Shown here in pieces: positions 17,820 to 27,553 of a stretch of DNA of 32,000 bases. The stretch spans positions 2,280,001-2,312,000 of the forward strand of contig NZ_CP074694.1 of NCBI RefSeq assembly GCF_018398935.1. The letters are read 5' to 3'. Origin of the DNA: Telmatocola sphagniphila. GTDB lineage: Bacteria > Planctomycetota > Planctomycetia > Gemmatales > Gemmataceae. How positions within the stretch are numbered: the first letter of the stretch is position 1; every line of letters begins with the position of its first letter. The notes under the pieces were generated by a model, which worked only from the letters and a program-made list of their open reading frames with translations, searched no databases and was not told where the DNA came from. The position numbers were made by a program, and so were the translations under genes.

Positions 17820-20441
17820 ATGATCGAACGCAGGCGGTTGGTCGAGGAAATCCAGAATTACGCCCAGAACATAGTAGACACCGTGCGCGAGCCCTTGTTA
17901 ATCCTGGATGCCACATTGAGAGTTCAGTCCGCCAATCGAGCTTTCTACCAGACCTTTCAAGTGTCCCCGGGAGAAACCGAGGGGCATCTCATTTATGAAT
18001 TGGGCAATGGTCAGTGGGATATTCCCGATCTTCGGACCTTACTCGAAGATATCGTGCCGCAGAGTTCCGCGTTCGATGACTTCGAACTCGAACATAGTTT
18101 CCCGGCCATCGGACGACGAGTGATGTTACTGAACGCTCGCAAGCTTCAGGCCGGACACCACGGCGAACTACTGGTACTCGCCATGGAAGATGTAACCGCG
18201 CGCAAACATGCCGAGGAAGCACTACTTAAAGCGGGGGCTCTCCAGAGCGCGATCTTCAACAGCGCCAACTTCTCGAGTATCGCTACCGATGAAAAAGGAG
18301 TCATCCAAATATTCAACGTCGGGGCCGAGCGTATGCTGGGTTACCACGCCTCCGAAGTCCTAAACAAGATTACGCCTGCCGACATTTCCGATCCCCAGGA
18401 AGTCATCACTCGGGCCAAAGCTCTCAGCGTCGAACTGGGGACGAAGATTACGCCGGGCTTTGAAGCGCTCGTTTTCAAGGCCGCACGAGGTATCGAAGAC
18501 ATTTACGAACTGACTTATATTCGCAAGGACGGTACGCGATTTCCGGCCGTTGTCTCGGTCACCGCTCTGCGGGACGATCAAAGCGCCATCATTGGATATC
18601 TACTGATCGGCACGGACAATACGGCTCGAAAGCAAGTGGAAGCCGAACGTATGTTGCTGGATCAGCGGGTCCGCGACCAACAATTCTACACCCGTTCGCT
18701 GATTGAATCCAACATTGACGCCCTGATCACCACCGATCCGCGTGGCATTATCACCGACGTGAACAAACAAATGGAAGCTCTGACAGGTTGCTCGCGGGAC
18801 GAATTGATCGGGGCGCCCTTCAAAGACTATTTTACCGACCCGGAACGAGCCGAGGCGGGTATCAAACTAGTGTTAAGCGAACGCAAAGTGACCGATTACG
18901 AACTCACCGCGCGGGCCCGGGACGGCAAAGAAACTGTCGTGTCTTACAATGCGACGACCTTTCACGACCGCGACCGGAAATTGCAGGGGGTTTTCGCAGC
19001 CGCACGAGATGTAACCGAACGCAAGCGTTACGAACAATCCCTGCAACAAGCCAACCGCGCCAAAAGCGTTTTCCTGGCGAATATGTCTCACGAAATCCGA
19101 ACTCCTATGAATGCCATCTTAGGGTTCTCTCAACTTATGCTTCGCGATCCGGAACTCACCCCCGTTCAATCTCAGTATTTGGGAACCATCAACCGAAGTG
19201 GCGAGCATCTCCTGGCACTGATCAACGACATCCTCGAGATGTCCAAGATCGAAGCCGGGCGCACTACCCTGAACCCCTCTACCTTCGACTTACTGGTTCT
19301 ACTCCAAGACCTGGAGATGATGTTTCGCGTTCGTACCGAAGAGAAGAAGTTGACTTTTTCGATGGAGATGATCGGCGAAGTGCCTCAATACATCATCACC
19401 GATATCAACAAACTTCGCCAGGTGTTCATCAATGTAGTCGGAAACGCGGTGAAATTTACGGAGCAAGGCGGAATTGCTTTACGTGTGAGTGCAGATAATG
19501 CAGGGGAGAAAGAACCAAATTTGCGGGTTGAAATTGAAGACACCGGGCCGGGCATTTCGATTGAGGACCAAGATAAATTATTCCGGCATTTCGAACAGAC
19601 TAAGACCGGTCAGCAGGCCGGAACGGGCACAGGTCTGGGATTGGCCATCAGTCAGGAATTCGTGCGCTTGATGGGCGGAGCGATCACCGTTAACAGTCAA
19701 GTGAATAAAGGAAGTGTTTTCACCATTCGCCTGCCGTTGAAGGTAGGTGAAGCCCAATCGGTGGAAGCTAAAGATAAGCCCCGTCACGTCCTCAAGCTTC
19801 AACCCGGACAACCCGCCTGTCGTGTCTTGATTGCCGACGATATCGAGGATAATCGCCAGCTTTTGGTACAGCTTTTAACTCCCGTCGGTTTTGAGGTCCG
19901 ACTAGCGACCAATGGATTTGAAGCGGTAAAGCTTTTTGAGGACTGGCACCCTCACTTGATTCTGATGGATTTCCGCATGCCTGAAATGGACGGCCATGAA
20001 GCCATACGTCGAATTCGTGCCAGCACCCGCGGCGCAGAAACCAAAATAATCGCGGTGACTGCCAGTGCTATGGATGAGAACCGCCAACAGTTAATGGAGA
20101 TCGGGGCGGATGATTTCATCGGCAAGCCGTTCCGGGCGGGAGATCTGTTCCAGAAAATCCACGCTCAGGTCGGTGTCGAGTATATCTATGCAACAGATCT
20201 AGTATCGGACTCCTCCGAACAATCTGCGGAACTTAACTTCTCCTCGCTGGCGGGTTGGCCCCCAGAACTCATTTCGTCCCTGCGTGAGGCAGTGATCACG
20301 GCCGATTTTGATCGATTGCTCGAGAAGATCGGAGAGGGAGATTCCCTTGATCCGGACACCTCGCAACAACTCCGTCGATTGGCGGAGAGCTTTCAGTACC
20401 AGAAACTTCTTGATCTCTTTGGCACGGAGATTCTCTCTTGA
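17820..20441 (+). CDS. Cytoplasmic hybrid sensor histidine kinase (3 PAS-like segments, HisKA, HATPase_c, REC, and a C-terminal extension of about 80 aa)
   Basis: 873-aa ORF with no TM segment. H-box NMSHEIRTPMNAILGF has its His codon at 19089-19091. ATP-lid motifs are VVGNAVKFT, EDTGPGIS and GTGLGLAIS. The receiver reads RVLIADDIEDN...LILMDFRMPEMDG...AVTASA...KP. An in-frame stop lies immediately upstream of the ATG. Confidence 0.95.
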   Translation: MIERRRLVEEIQNYAQNIVDTVREPLLILDATLRVQSANRAFYQTFQVSPGETEGHLIYELGNGQWDIPDLRTLLEDIVPQSSAFDDFELEHSFPAIGRRVMLLNARKLQAGHHGELLVLAMEDVTARKHAEEALLKAGALQSAIFNSANFSSIATDEKGVIQIFNVGAERMLGYHASEVLNKITPADISDPQEVITRAKALSVELGTKITPGFEALVFKAARGIEDIYELTYIRKDGTRFPAVVSVTALRDDQSAIIGYLLIGTDNTARKQVEAERMLLDQRVRDQQFYTRSLIESNIDALITTDPRGIITDVNKQMEALTGCSRDELIGAPFKDYFTDPERAEAGIKLVLSERKVTDYELTARARDGKETVVSYNATTFHDRDRKLQGVFAAARDVTERKRYEQSLQQANRAKSVFLANMSHEIRTPMNAILGFSQLMLRDPELTPVQSQYLGTINRSGEHLLALINDILEMSKIEAGRTTLNPSTFDLLVLLQDLEMMFRVRTEEKKLTFSMEMIGEVPQYIITDINKLRQVFINVVGNAVKFTEQGGIALRVSADNAGEKEPNLRVEIEDTGPGISIEDQDKLFRHFEQTKTGQQAGTGTGLGLAISQEFVRLMGGAITVNSQVNKGSVFTIRLPLKVGEAQSVEAKDKPRHVLKLQPGQPACRVLIADDIEDNRQLLVQLLTPVGFEVRLATNGFEAVKLFEDWHPHLILMDFRMPEMDGHEAIRRIRASTRGAETKIIAVTASAMDENRQQLMEIGADDFIGKPFRAGDLFQKIHAQVGVEYIYATDLVSDSSEQSAELNFSSLAGWPPELISSLREAVITADFDRLLEKIGEGDSLDPDTSQQLRRLAESFQYQKLLDLFGTEILS

Positions 20442-21667
20442 AAACGGAAACTTCAAAAAGCGAATCGGGAAACCCGGTCAACATCTTGGTCGTGGACGAT
20501 GCTCCCGCCAATCTCCTGGTGTTAGTCGGCATGCTCAAGGAACGAGGATATCGAGTCCGCCCGGTACCCAGTGGCAAGCTAGCGCTCTTGGCCGCACGTC
20601 GCGATCCACCGGATCTCATCCTCCTCGATATCAATATGCCGGAAATGAATGGCTATGAGGTTTGTGAAAAGCTAAAGGAGGACGATGCTCTGAAAGGGAT
20701 TCCAGTCATCTTTATCAGCGCGCTCACCGAACCCTTGGATAAGGTAAAAGCATTTGCGCTCGGTGGCGTCGATTATCTGATCAAGCCGTTTCAGATGGAA
20801 GAATTGCAAGCTCGGGTCGAAACGCATTTGAAACTTCGTCAGCTACAAATCGAGTTAGAAGCGGCGAACGCCAGTCTGTTAAAGGCGAACGACCGAATGA
20901 CCCGCGACTTGCGAGCGGCCGCCAAGATCCAGGAAATGTTTCTGCCACGCGATTTGCCCCAAATGCCGGGGGTTCAATTTTCCTGGCTCTACAAACCCTG
21001 TAACGAGTTGGGAGGCGATGGACTTAACGTGATTCCTCTCGGCGATGGCCAAGTGGGACTCTATCTTTTAGACGTCAGCGGCCATGGCGTAGCCGCCGCC
21101 CTACTCTCCGTTTCCTTAAGCCGTCTGCTCTCCGCCCCCTGGGAGCCCTCTTCGATTCTGATTCGAGATCGCAATGTTGGTCTGGGAAACAATATTACAC
21201 CTCCGAGCGAGGTAGTTGCCCACCTGAATAGGCTCTTCCCATTCGATCCGGCCACTGAGCAGTATGCGACAATGGTTTATGGCATTCTGCATGTAGAAAG
21301 TGGAGTTTTCCGCTATGCCTCGGCCGGTCATCCGGGACCAGTGCATATAAAAAGCAGCTCGCAACCCGTGCTATTGGAAAGCCAGGGAGGCCCCATCGGA
21401 TTGGCGAATGACCCCTACGAGGAACGGTCGGTCCGATTGGAATCGGGCGATCGCCTGTATATCTATTCCGATGGCATTCCTGAAGCAATGAACTCAGCCG
21501 GCAAACAATTTGGCTACGGAAGGCTTCTGGAAACAATTGGTCGAGGGCTCTCGGAACCGCTAGATGTAAGTGTTGCCAATCTTCAGGGGGACATCACCCG
21601 CTGGCAGCAAGCGGAACTGCCCCAAGACGATATTTCAATACTCGCGATCGAAATCTTGGCAAGATAA
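20438..21667 (+). CDS. Response regulator with a PP2C/SpoIIE-type phosphatase output (RsbU-like)
   Basis: 409-aa ORF. The REC domain reads NILVVDDAPANL...LILLDINMPEMNG...FISA...KP. A coiled-coil linker follows. The SpoIIE-like domain has GGDGLNVIPL, LLDVSGHGVAAALLS, YIYSDGIPEA and DDISILAIE. The TTG start overlaps the kinase stop (TTGA, 20438-20441). Confidence 0.9.
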   Translation: MKTETSKSESGNPVNILVVDDAPANLLVLVGMLKERGYRVRPVPSGKLALLAARRDPPDLILLDINMPEMNGYEVCEKLKEDDALKGIPVIFISALTEPLDKVKAFALGGVDYLIKPFQMEELQARVETHLKLRQLQIELEAANASLLKANDRMTRDLRAAAKIQEMFLPRDLPQMPGVQFSWLYKPCNELGGDGLNVIPLGDGQVGLYLLDVSGHGVAAALLSVSLSRLLSAPWEPSSILIRDRNVGLGNNITPPSEVVAHLNRLFPFDPATEQYATMVYGILHVESGVFRYASAGHPGPVHIKSSSQPVLLESQGGPIGLANDPYEERSVRLESGDRLYIYSDGIPEAMNSAGKQFGYGRLLETIGRGLSEPLDVSVANLQGDITRWQQAELPQDDISILAIEILAR

Positions 21668-21868
21668 GGTTCGCGTAAAATAGTGAGGCACCCATCGTCA
21701 CAACCCCGCAGGCCCCGACGGTTGTGGCTCTCAGTAAATCCTGGCGGCACTCGGTGGGAAATTTTCCATCTCAATGAAATCCGCCAGAATGCTCGCGAAG
21801 AGTGGCCGTCTCCGTCCGACCGTGATACAACGCCTAAACCTTTTATCAAACTACCAGGAATCCAATCC

Positions 21869-24800
21869 ATGATCTCGCGCTGTTTCGCGCTCATTGTCGC
21901 GCTCGTCTTTCCCCTCGCGGCGCTGGCTCAGAACCCGGCCGACTATCGACCCGCCGCGTATGCGATCCGCGATGCGCGAGTTGTCGTGGAACCGGGTACG
22001 GTTTTGGCGAAGGCCAGCATCGTGATTCGGGACGGTCTGATCGTCGCGGTCGGCCCTGACGTGGCCATTCCCGCCGATGCTGCGGTCACGGAAGGGAAGG
22101 GGTTGACGGTTTATCCCGGCTTCATTGATGCGGGGAGCCAGCGCGGTTATGATCCGGCTTTGCGACGATCACAAACGGGAACTCCGTCGGTCCAAGACAT
22201 GGCCGCCGATTCCCTCGCGACGACCAAGCCCGATAACCGCAAGGGCCTGACTCCCGAGTTCACCGTCCACACTGCGCTTAAGCTCGATGAAGAATCGGCC
22301 GCACCCTGGCGCCGCGTCGGCTTTACAGCCCAGCTAGCTGTTCCGGACGTCGGTTATTTCTCGGGAACCAGTGCCCTTGTCAGTTTGAGCGGAGCCGTGC
22401 CGCGAGACGCCACGCTTCGCGCCCCGGTGGCCCAGCATTCCCGCTTTGGACGAGTTTTGGGTACCGGATATCCCGTTGCCTTGATGGGGATTGTCGCGCA
22501 TTGCCGCCAAACCATGCTCGATGCCGGTTGGCTCAAGCGACAATGGGCGGCTTTCGAGGCACGCGGCCGAACCGGAAAACGACCTGCTTCGGACCCCTGT
22601 CTCGAAGCTCTTTGGCCGGCCCTCGACGGGAAGTTGCCGGTCGCCTTTGAAGCAGATACCGCCGACGAAATTCACCGATCGCTGGATTTTGCCCGCGAAT
22701 TTGGTCTCAAGCCCATCATCGTGGGTGGCCGCCAGGCCTGGAAAGTCGCGGATCGCCTCCAAGCCGAACACGTCCCGGTTATTCTCCGGCTCGACTTTTC
22801 CACACCGAACGATTCAGACGCCGGACTCCCACTGCGGGTTCGCGAAGACCGCGAGGCTTTGCGCAAGCAAGAATATGGTTGCGCCGCTGCGCTGCACAAA
22901 GCGGGTGTTCGCTTCGCGTTCATGACCCAAGGACTCAGCGGCCCTCGTCCGGAGGAAAAGTTTCGCGAAAACCTGGGAAAAGCCATTGAAGCAGGCCTCA
23001 AACCGGAAGCGGCGCTCGCCGCACTGACTCGCGATGCCGCCGAAATTTTGGGGGTCGCCTCCCAGATTGGAAGCGTCGCCAAAGGCAAATCAGCCCATCT
23101 GATGATTTGCGAAGGTGATTACCAGAACCGGCAGAGCAAGTTTCGTTTTGTCTTTTCTGATGGAATTCCGTTCGACTTGGAAGCGAAGAGTCCCTCTCCG
23201 CCGCGAGCGGATAATCCCTCGGAGAGCCGACCAATGGGCGCCCGAAGGAACCGTTCGGAGGATCCCACTCCCGCTTCCCCAACGCCCGCCGCCGTTCCGA
23301 AAACTCGGCCTGCCGGTTCGTCCGCGGCCGCAAACCCCGACCGAACCGTCCCGCCTTTTAACGGCCTGGGGCTTCGATTGCTGATGCCGTGGCTGGACGC
23401 GCTGGATTCTCTGGTGACGGAAACGGAGTCGGACCGAGTGCCGAAAATCAAAACGGGCGGTGATGTCCTCATTCGCGGAGCCACTATTTTGACGGGCACT
23501 GGTAAAAACCTCACCCGGGCCGACCTCCTGGTTCGCGGAGGAAAGATTCGGGCTATCGGCCCCGACCTGGCCATCGAGAAGGGGGTCACGGTCATCGACG
23601 CCGACGGTCTGTTCATTATGCCGGGTATCATCGACACCCACTCGCATTTCGCCATCAGCGGGGGCGTCAACGAGATGTCGCTCTCCGTTGTCCCCGAGGT
23701 TCGGGTGCGCGACGTCATCGATTCTGAAGACGTTCAAATTTATCGCGCCCTCGGCGGCGGCGTCACTACCGCCCGGCTCCTGCACGGCAGCGCGAATGTC
23801 ATCGGAGGCCAGGACGCGGTCGTCAAGATGAAATATGGCCGATCTTCGAAGGAAATGCTCGTCTCGGATGCACCGCGCGGCGTGAAATTCGCCCTCGGCG
23901 AAAACGTCAAACGAACCGACGGACGCTTCCCGAATAGCCGACTCGGCGTCGAGGCAGTGATCATTCGAGCGTTCACGGAAGCTCGGACTTACCGCGAAAA
24001 ATGGGAGGCCTACGAAAAGAGCAAAGGTAGTAACGAACCGCTGCCGGAGCCGCGCCGCGATCTGCGTCTGGAGGCGCTGGCGGAAGTTTTAAGCGGCCAA
24101 ATCCGAATCCACTCCCACTGCTACCGTGCCGATGAAATCCTGATGCTTCTCAGCGTCGCCGAAAGATTCGGCGTTAAGGTACGGTCGCTGCAACACGTGC
24201 TGGAGGGGTACAAAGTCGCACCTGAAATCGCCGCGCACGGAGCCAGCGTCAGCCTCTTTAGTGATTGGTGGGCTTACAAGATCGAAGCGTACGACGCCAT
24301 TCCCTTTGCCGCCCGCTTACTCCAAGACGCCGGGGTTAATGTATGTCTGAAATCCGACGATAACGAACTGATGCGGCACCTCAACCTGGAAGCTGCCAAA
24401 TTGGTGAAGTACTGCCGATTTACACCCGAAGAAGCCCTTCACACGATCACTTTAAATCCGGCCCGTCAACTCGGTTTGGAATCGCGGCTGGGTACGATTG
24501 AAGTCGGCAAGGATGCCGATCTGGCGATCTTTAACGGCCATCCGCTCAATACTTACAGTCGCTGCGAAATGACTTTGGTCGAAGGAGAAGTCTATTTTCA
24601 ACGCTCGGACAAATTGGTTCCAGCCGCCGCCGCGAAAGGGCCGCCGGCCGAGCAAACGCTCAAGTTCGCCGCGATTCCGCGGTCAACCAAAGGATCCTAT
24701 GTGTTGCGCGGTGCAACGATCCATCCGCCCGGCAAGCCGGCCTTCGTCGGATCGGTGGTAGTCAGCGCGAACAAAGAAATCACACAGGTTATTGCATCCG

Positions 24801-25948
24801 AGGCCAAACTGGATGTGCCCGCCGACGCGAGCGTGGTCAATGTTCACGGCTACCACGTCTATCCGGGGATGATCGATGCCGGGACGGTCCTCGGACTCGT
24901 CGAGATCGACTCCGCCCGCGAAACGGCCGATTTTCGCGACGGGGGCGATTTTCAACCCGACCTTCGCGCCAGCATTGCCATTAATCCCGATTCGGAACTC
25001 ATTCCCGTGACTCGGGCCAACGGAGTCACGACTGTCGTTACCCGACCGACGGGCTCACTCGTTCCTGGGCAAGGGGCCTTGATTAACCTCGCCGGCTGGG
25101 TTCCTTCGGAAATGGTGGTGGTCGATCCGCTGGCGCTGCACGTCGAGTATCCGATCGAACCGGTGCAGCGCGGCTTCAACCCGAATTGGCCGGCAGACGA
25201 AGGGGAAAGCGCGGTGGCGCGTGGCCGCCGTGATGAAAAGCTCAACCATTTGAAGGAACTCTTCGAATCCGCTCGGCGCTACGAAGCTGCCCGGAAGGCC
25301 GGATTGTCTCCCACCGCCAATCCCCGGTTCGACTCCTTGCTGCCGTATGTCCGCGGCGAAAAGCCGGTGATCTTCACAGCCAATCGCAAGGCGGACATTT
25401 TAGCCACGTTGAAGCTGGCGGACGAATTGAAGGTCAAGCCCATCATCAGCGGCGGAATCGAGAGCTGGAAGTTGACCGCGGAACTCAAACGGCGGGATGT
25501 TCCGGTGATCCTCGGACCGATCATGGCCCTGTCGCGCGAGACAGGAGAGCGGTACGATGCCTCCTACACCGCCGCCGCAAAGTTGCATCAAGCAGGTGTC
25601 CGGTTCTGCATCCGGTCTGCCGGGTCTAACAATACGCGTAATCTTCCATATGAAGCCGCGACGGCGGTTGCCTACGGGCTTCCGCCGGAAGAGGGACTCA
25701 AGGCGGTGACCCTCTACCCCGCCGCGATACTGGGGGTCGCGGACAAATTGGGCACGATCGAATCGGGTAAGCGTGCGAACCTCGTCCTCACCGATGGCGA
25801 CCTGTTGCAAGCGTCGACGCAAGTGCTGGCGGTATTCGTGAACGGCCAACCCTACGAACCGACCAGCAAGCAGACCCGACTATTCGACAAGTATCGCAAA
25901 CGCTTGGATGAGACGCAGAGCTCCACCGTCCCGGGAAATGACAAGTAA
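21869..25948 (+). CDS. Secreted 1359-aa protein with three tandem amidohydrolase-fold modules
   Basis: The ATG at 21869 gives signal peptide MISRCFALIVALVFPLAALA-QNP. Module 2 (about 23459-24601) has PGIIDTHSHF, with HSH at 23639-23647, plus IRIHSHCY and CLKSDDNE. Modules 1 (about 21959-23173) and 3 (about 24692-25858) have PGFIDAGS and PGMIDAGT instead. Modules 1 and 3 resemble each other (KPIIVGGRQAWKVADRLQAEHVPVIL vs KPIISGGIESWKLTAELKRRDVPVIL). A Pro/Ser-rich linker spans about 23180-23362. The GTG start at 21683 in the track adds 62 non-signal residues and is less likely. Confidence 0.9.
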   Translation: MISRCFALIVALVFPLAALAQNPADYRPAAYAIRDARVVVEPGTVLAKASIVIRDGLIVAVGPDVAIPADAAVTEGKGLTVYPGFIDAGSQRGYDPALRRSQTGTPSVQDMAADSLATTKPDNRKGLTPEFTVHTALKLDEESAAPWRRVGFTAQLAVPDVGYFSGTSALVSLSGAVPRDATLRAPVAQHSRFGRVLGTGYPVALMGIVAHCRQTMLDAGWLKRQWAAFEARGRTGKRPASDPCLEALWPALDGKLPVAFEADTADEIHRSLDFAREFGLKPIIVGGRQAWKVADRLQAEHVPVILRLDFSTPNDSDAGLPLRVREDREALRKQEYGCAAALHKAGVRFAFMTQGLSGPRPEEKFRENLGKAIEAGLKPEAALAALTRDAAEILGVASQIGSVAKGKSAHLMICEGDYQNRQSKFRFVFSDGIPFDLEAKSPSPPRADNPSESRPMGARRNRSEDPTPASPTPAAVPKTRPAGSSAAANPDRTVPPFNGLGLRLLMPWLDALDSLVTETESDRVPKIKTGGDVLIRGATILTGTGKNLTRADLLVRGGKIRAIGPDLAIEKGVTVIDADGLFIMPGIIDTHSHFAISGGVNEMSLSVVPEVRVRDVIDSEDVQIYRALGGGVTTARLLHGSANVIGGQDAVVKMKYGRSSKEMLVSDAPRGVKFALGENVKRTDGRFPNSRLGVEAVIIRAFTEARTYREKWEAYEKSKGSNEPLPEPRRDLRLEALAEVLSGQIRIHSHCYRADEILMLLSVAERFGVKVRSLQHVLEGYKVAPEIAAHGASVSLFSDWWAYKIEAYDAIPFAARLLQDAGVNVCLKSDDNELMRHLNLEAAKLVKYCRFTPEEALHTITLNPARQLGLESRLGTIEVGKDADLAIFNGHPLNTYSRCEMTLVEGEVYFQRSDKLVPAAAAKGPPAEQTLKFAAIPRSTKGSYVLRGATIHPPGKPAFVGSVVVSANKEITQVIASEAKLDVPADASVVNVHGYHVYPGMIDAGTVLGLVEIDSARETADFRDGGDFQPDLRASIAINPDSELIPVTRANGVTTVVTRPTGSLVPGQGALINLAGWVPSEMVVVDPLALHVEYPIEPVQRGFNPNWPADEGESAVARGRRDEKLNHLKELFESARRYEAARKAGLSPTANPRFDSLLPYVRGEKPVIFTANRKADILATLKLADELKVKPIISGGIESWKLTAELKRRDVPVILGPIMALSRETGERYDASYTAAAKLHQAGVRFCIRSAGSNNTRNLPYEAATAVAYGLPPEEGLKAVTLYPAAILGVADKLGTIESGKRANLVLTDGDLLQASTQVLAVFVNGQPYEPTSKQTRLFDKYRKRLDETQSSTVPGNDK

Positions 25949-26469
25949 TATAATTTGGTAAGCCTGAACTTCCCGAATTCCTCGGATTTCTCCCGTCTTC
26001 AAAAACCATAGGACTGGACCTCGGCCTTCTCGGGTCCACCGGACGGCTGGGAAACTTTTTTCCGATGTCTTGGACCGGCGGCTCAGGTGTTGCAGAGAGT
26101 TCGCAGCTGTAGCTCGATCTGACTACTTGAATGGTCGAGGGGGAGAGGAAACGTACGCGAAACCTAGAAGTTTATCAGCCGGGGTGCAGCGAAGAGCCAT
26201 TGAATGCGAGAATCGGGCATCCGAAACTTCGAAGTTAGCTTGGCATCTAAACTTTGTGTACTTTTTTTTGGTGGGGAAGGCTTCAGCAGGACTTCAATTT
26301 TTTGATGCTAACTTTAGACCGCAAACCTGGCAATCCTATTGTGGATGAAGCTCAGCTTAGCGATAGGAGGCCGAATGAATCAGACTCTAAATGGCTAATG
26401 GCTTTCCCGTTATGAATCCCCAACTCGAACGGAATGCGGTAAGGCATCCCATTGAGTTGGAAAATATTT

Positions 26470-26484
26470 CACGCCCTCGGCGTG
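26470..26484 (-). terminator. Candidate intrinsic terminator downstream of the SPFH gene
   Basis: On the minus strand, CACGCC-gag-GGCGTG is followed by AAATATTTTCC, about 49 nt after the stop at 26533. The stem is short and the U-tract is interrupted, so this call is weak. Confidence 0.3.
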
Positions 26485-26532
26485 TACTATTCGATTTCGA
26501 CTCAAACTTGGTTCTCGATCGCCCTTATTGGG

Positions 26533-27465
26533 TCAGCGAGTAAATTCTTTGAGTGGAATCTCTCCATTTTTCGCAGCGTTGGCGCCTTCTTGTCCGATCC
26601 CCATAGTCAATGCTGTTAACCCGGCCAGACCGCCGAGCTCCATGCTCTGCACGGCAGTACTCGGGACGATGACTATCGTAGAATTTTCCTTCAACCCCTC
26701 GTAGAGCATGTTCATGGCTCTCAGGTGAAGAGCAACCGGATTGTGCTGATAACTTTTAGCAGCTTCCGCGAATTTCTCGGCTACTTGGCGCTCGGAATCC
26801 CCCAGGATGACTCGGGCTTGTCGTTCGCGTTCCGCCTGCGCCTGCATCGACATGGCATTTTCCAGGGCCTGAGGAATTAATACATCTTTGACTTCGACGG
26901 AAATCACGCTGATTCCCCAGGGTTCAGTGCGATCGTCGATGATCTTCTGAAGGACGCTGCTGATTTTGTCTCTGCCTTCGAGCATATCCGAAAGCATGGT
27001 TTTTCCGATGACATCGCGCAGGGCTGTTTGGGAGGCCCAGCTGATTGCGCTCTCATAATCTGCCACGCCGAGCGCCGCTTTCTTCGGGTCAATAACCTTC
27101 CAGAAGAGAACGGCATCCACATCGACCGGCACAGTGTCCTTAGTCAGTGTTTTTTCCGCCTTGAATCCGGTAGTAATAACGCGTGTATCGATCCAGTACG
27201 GGATCGCGTCGAGAATCGGGATGATGCAAAAGAGTCCCGGGCCCTTGAGCGAACGAAACTGTCCTAGCCGCAGTATCACAGCTTTATCCCATTGATCGGC
27301 AACTCGAATCGATAGAGCCGATACAACAGCGATTGCGAAAGCCACTATCCCACTTACTATGCTTGGCATTGGAGAGTTGGGGCTGTAAACGGCATATGCC
27401 ACACCACCGCCAATAGCGATGAATACGAAAAAAATGAGTGTCGCAAAAGGGCTGGTCGTCTTCAT
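26533..27465 (-). CDS. SPFH/band-7 (stomatin-like, slipin) membrane protein
   Basis: The ATG at 27465 gives MKTTSPFATLIFFVFIAIGGGVAYAV (TM helix) and a second hydrophobic stretch. It then reads VILRLGQFRSLKGPGLFCIIPILD...DTVPVDVDAVLFWKV...ALRDVIG...ISVISVEVKDVLIP..L..AM..QA.AERE..A. AGGAA lies 7-11 nt upstream of the ATG. The track's longer version (to 27654) overlaps the upstream gene. Confidence 0.9.
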   Translation of the reverse strand: MKTTSPFATLIFFVFIAIGGGVAYAVYSPNSPMPSIVSGIVAFAIAVVSALSIRVADQWDKAVILRLGQFRSLKGPGLFCIIPILDAIPYWIDTRVITTGFKAEKTLTKDTVPVDVDAVLFWKVIDPKKAALGVADYESAISWASQTALRDVIGKTMLSDMLEGRDKISSVLQKIIDDRTEPWGISVISVEVKDVLIPQALENAMSMQAQAERERQARVILGDSERQVAEKFAEAAKSYQHNPVALHLRAMNMLYEGLKENSTIVIVPSTAVQSMELGGLAGLTALTMGIGQEGANAAKNGEIPLKEFTR

Positions 27466-27553
27466 GGTGAATTCCTGAATGAACAAAGAGTTAAATATCC
27501 CGCCTCTCTCAATAGGGAGAGGGGGAGCGAACGCGAGTTTAAAGGCTTGAAAT

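Noticed and set aside
22334-25849. Many antisense or off-frame ORFs inside the amidohydrolase gene (for example 23090-23785 minus, 231 aa; 23119-23718 minus, 199 aa; 25400-25849 minus, 149 aa).
   Set aside because: They are shadow ORFs caused by high GC. The plus-frame product has coherent repeated amidohydrolase motifs over its full length.
26412-26543. 43-aa plus-strand ORF (MNPQLERNAVRHPIELENISRPRRVLFDFDSNLVLDRPYWVSE) converging on the SPFH stop.
   Set aside because: Short, no motif, and it overlaps the candidate terminator hairpin and the end of the SPFH gene. The evidence is insufficient.
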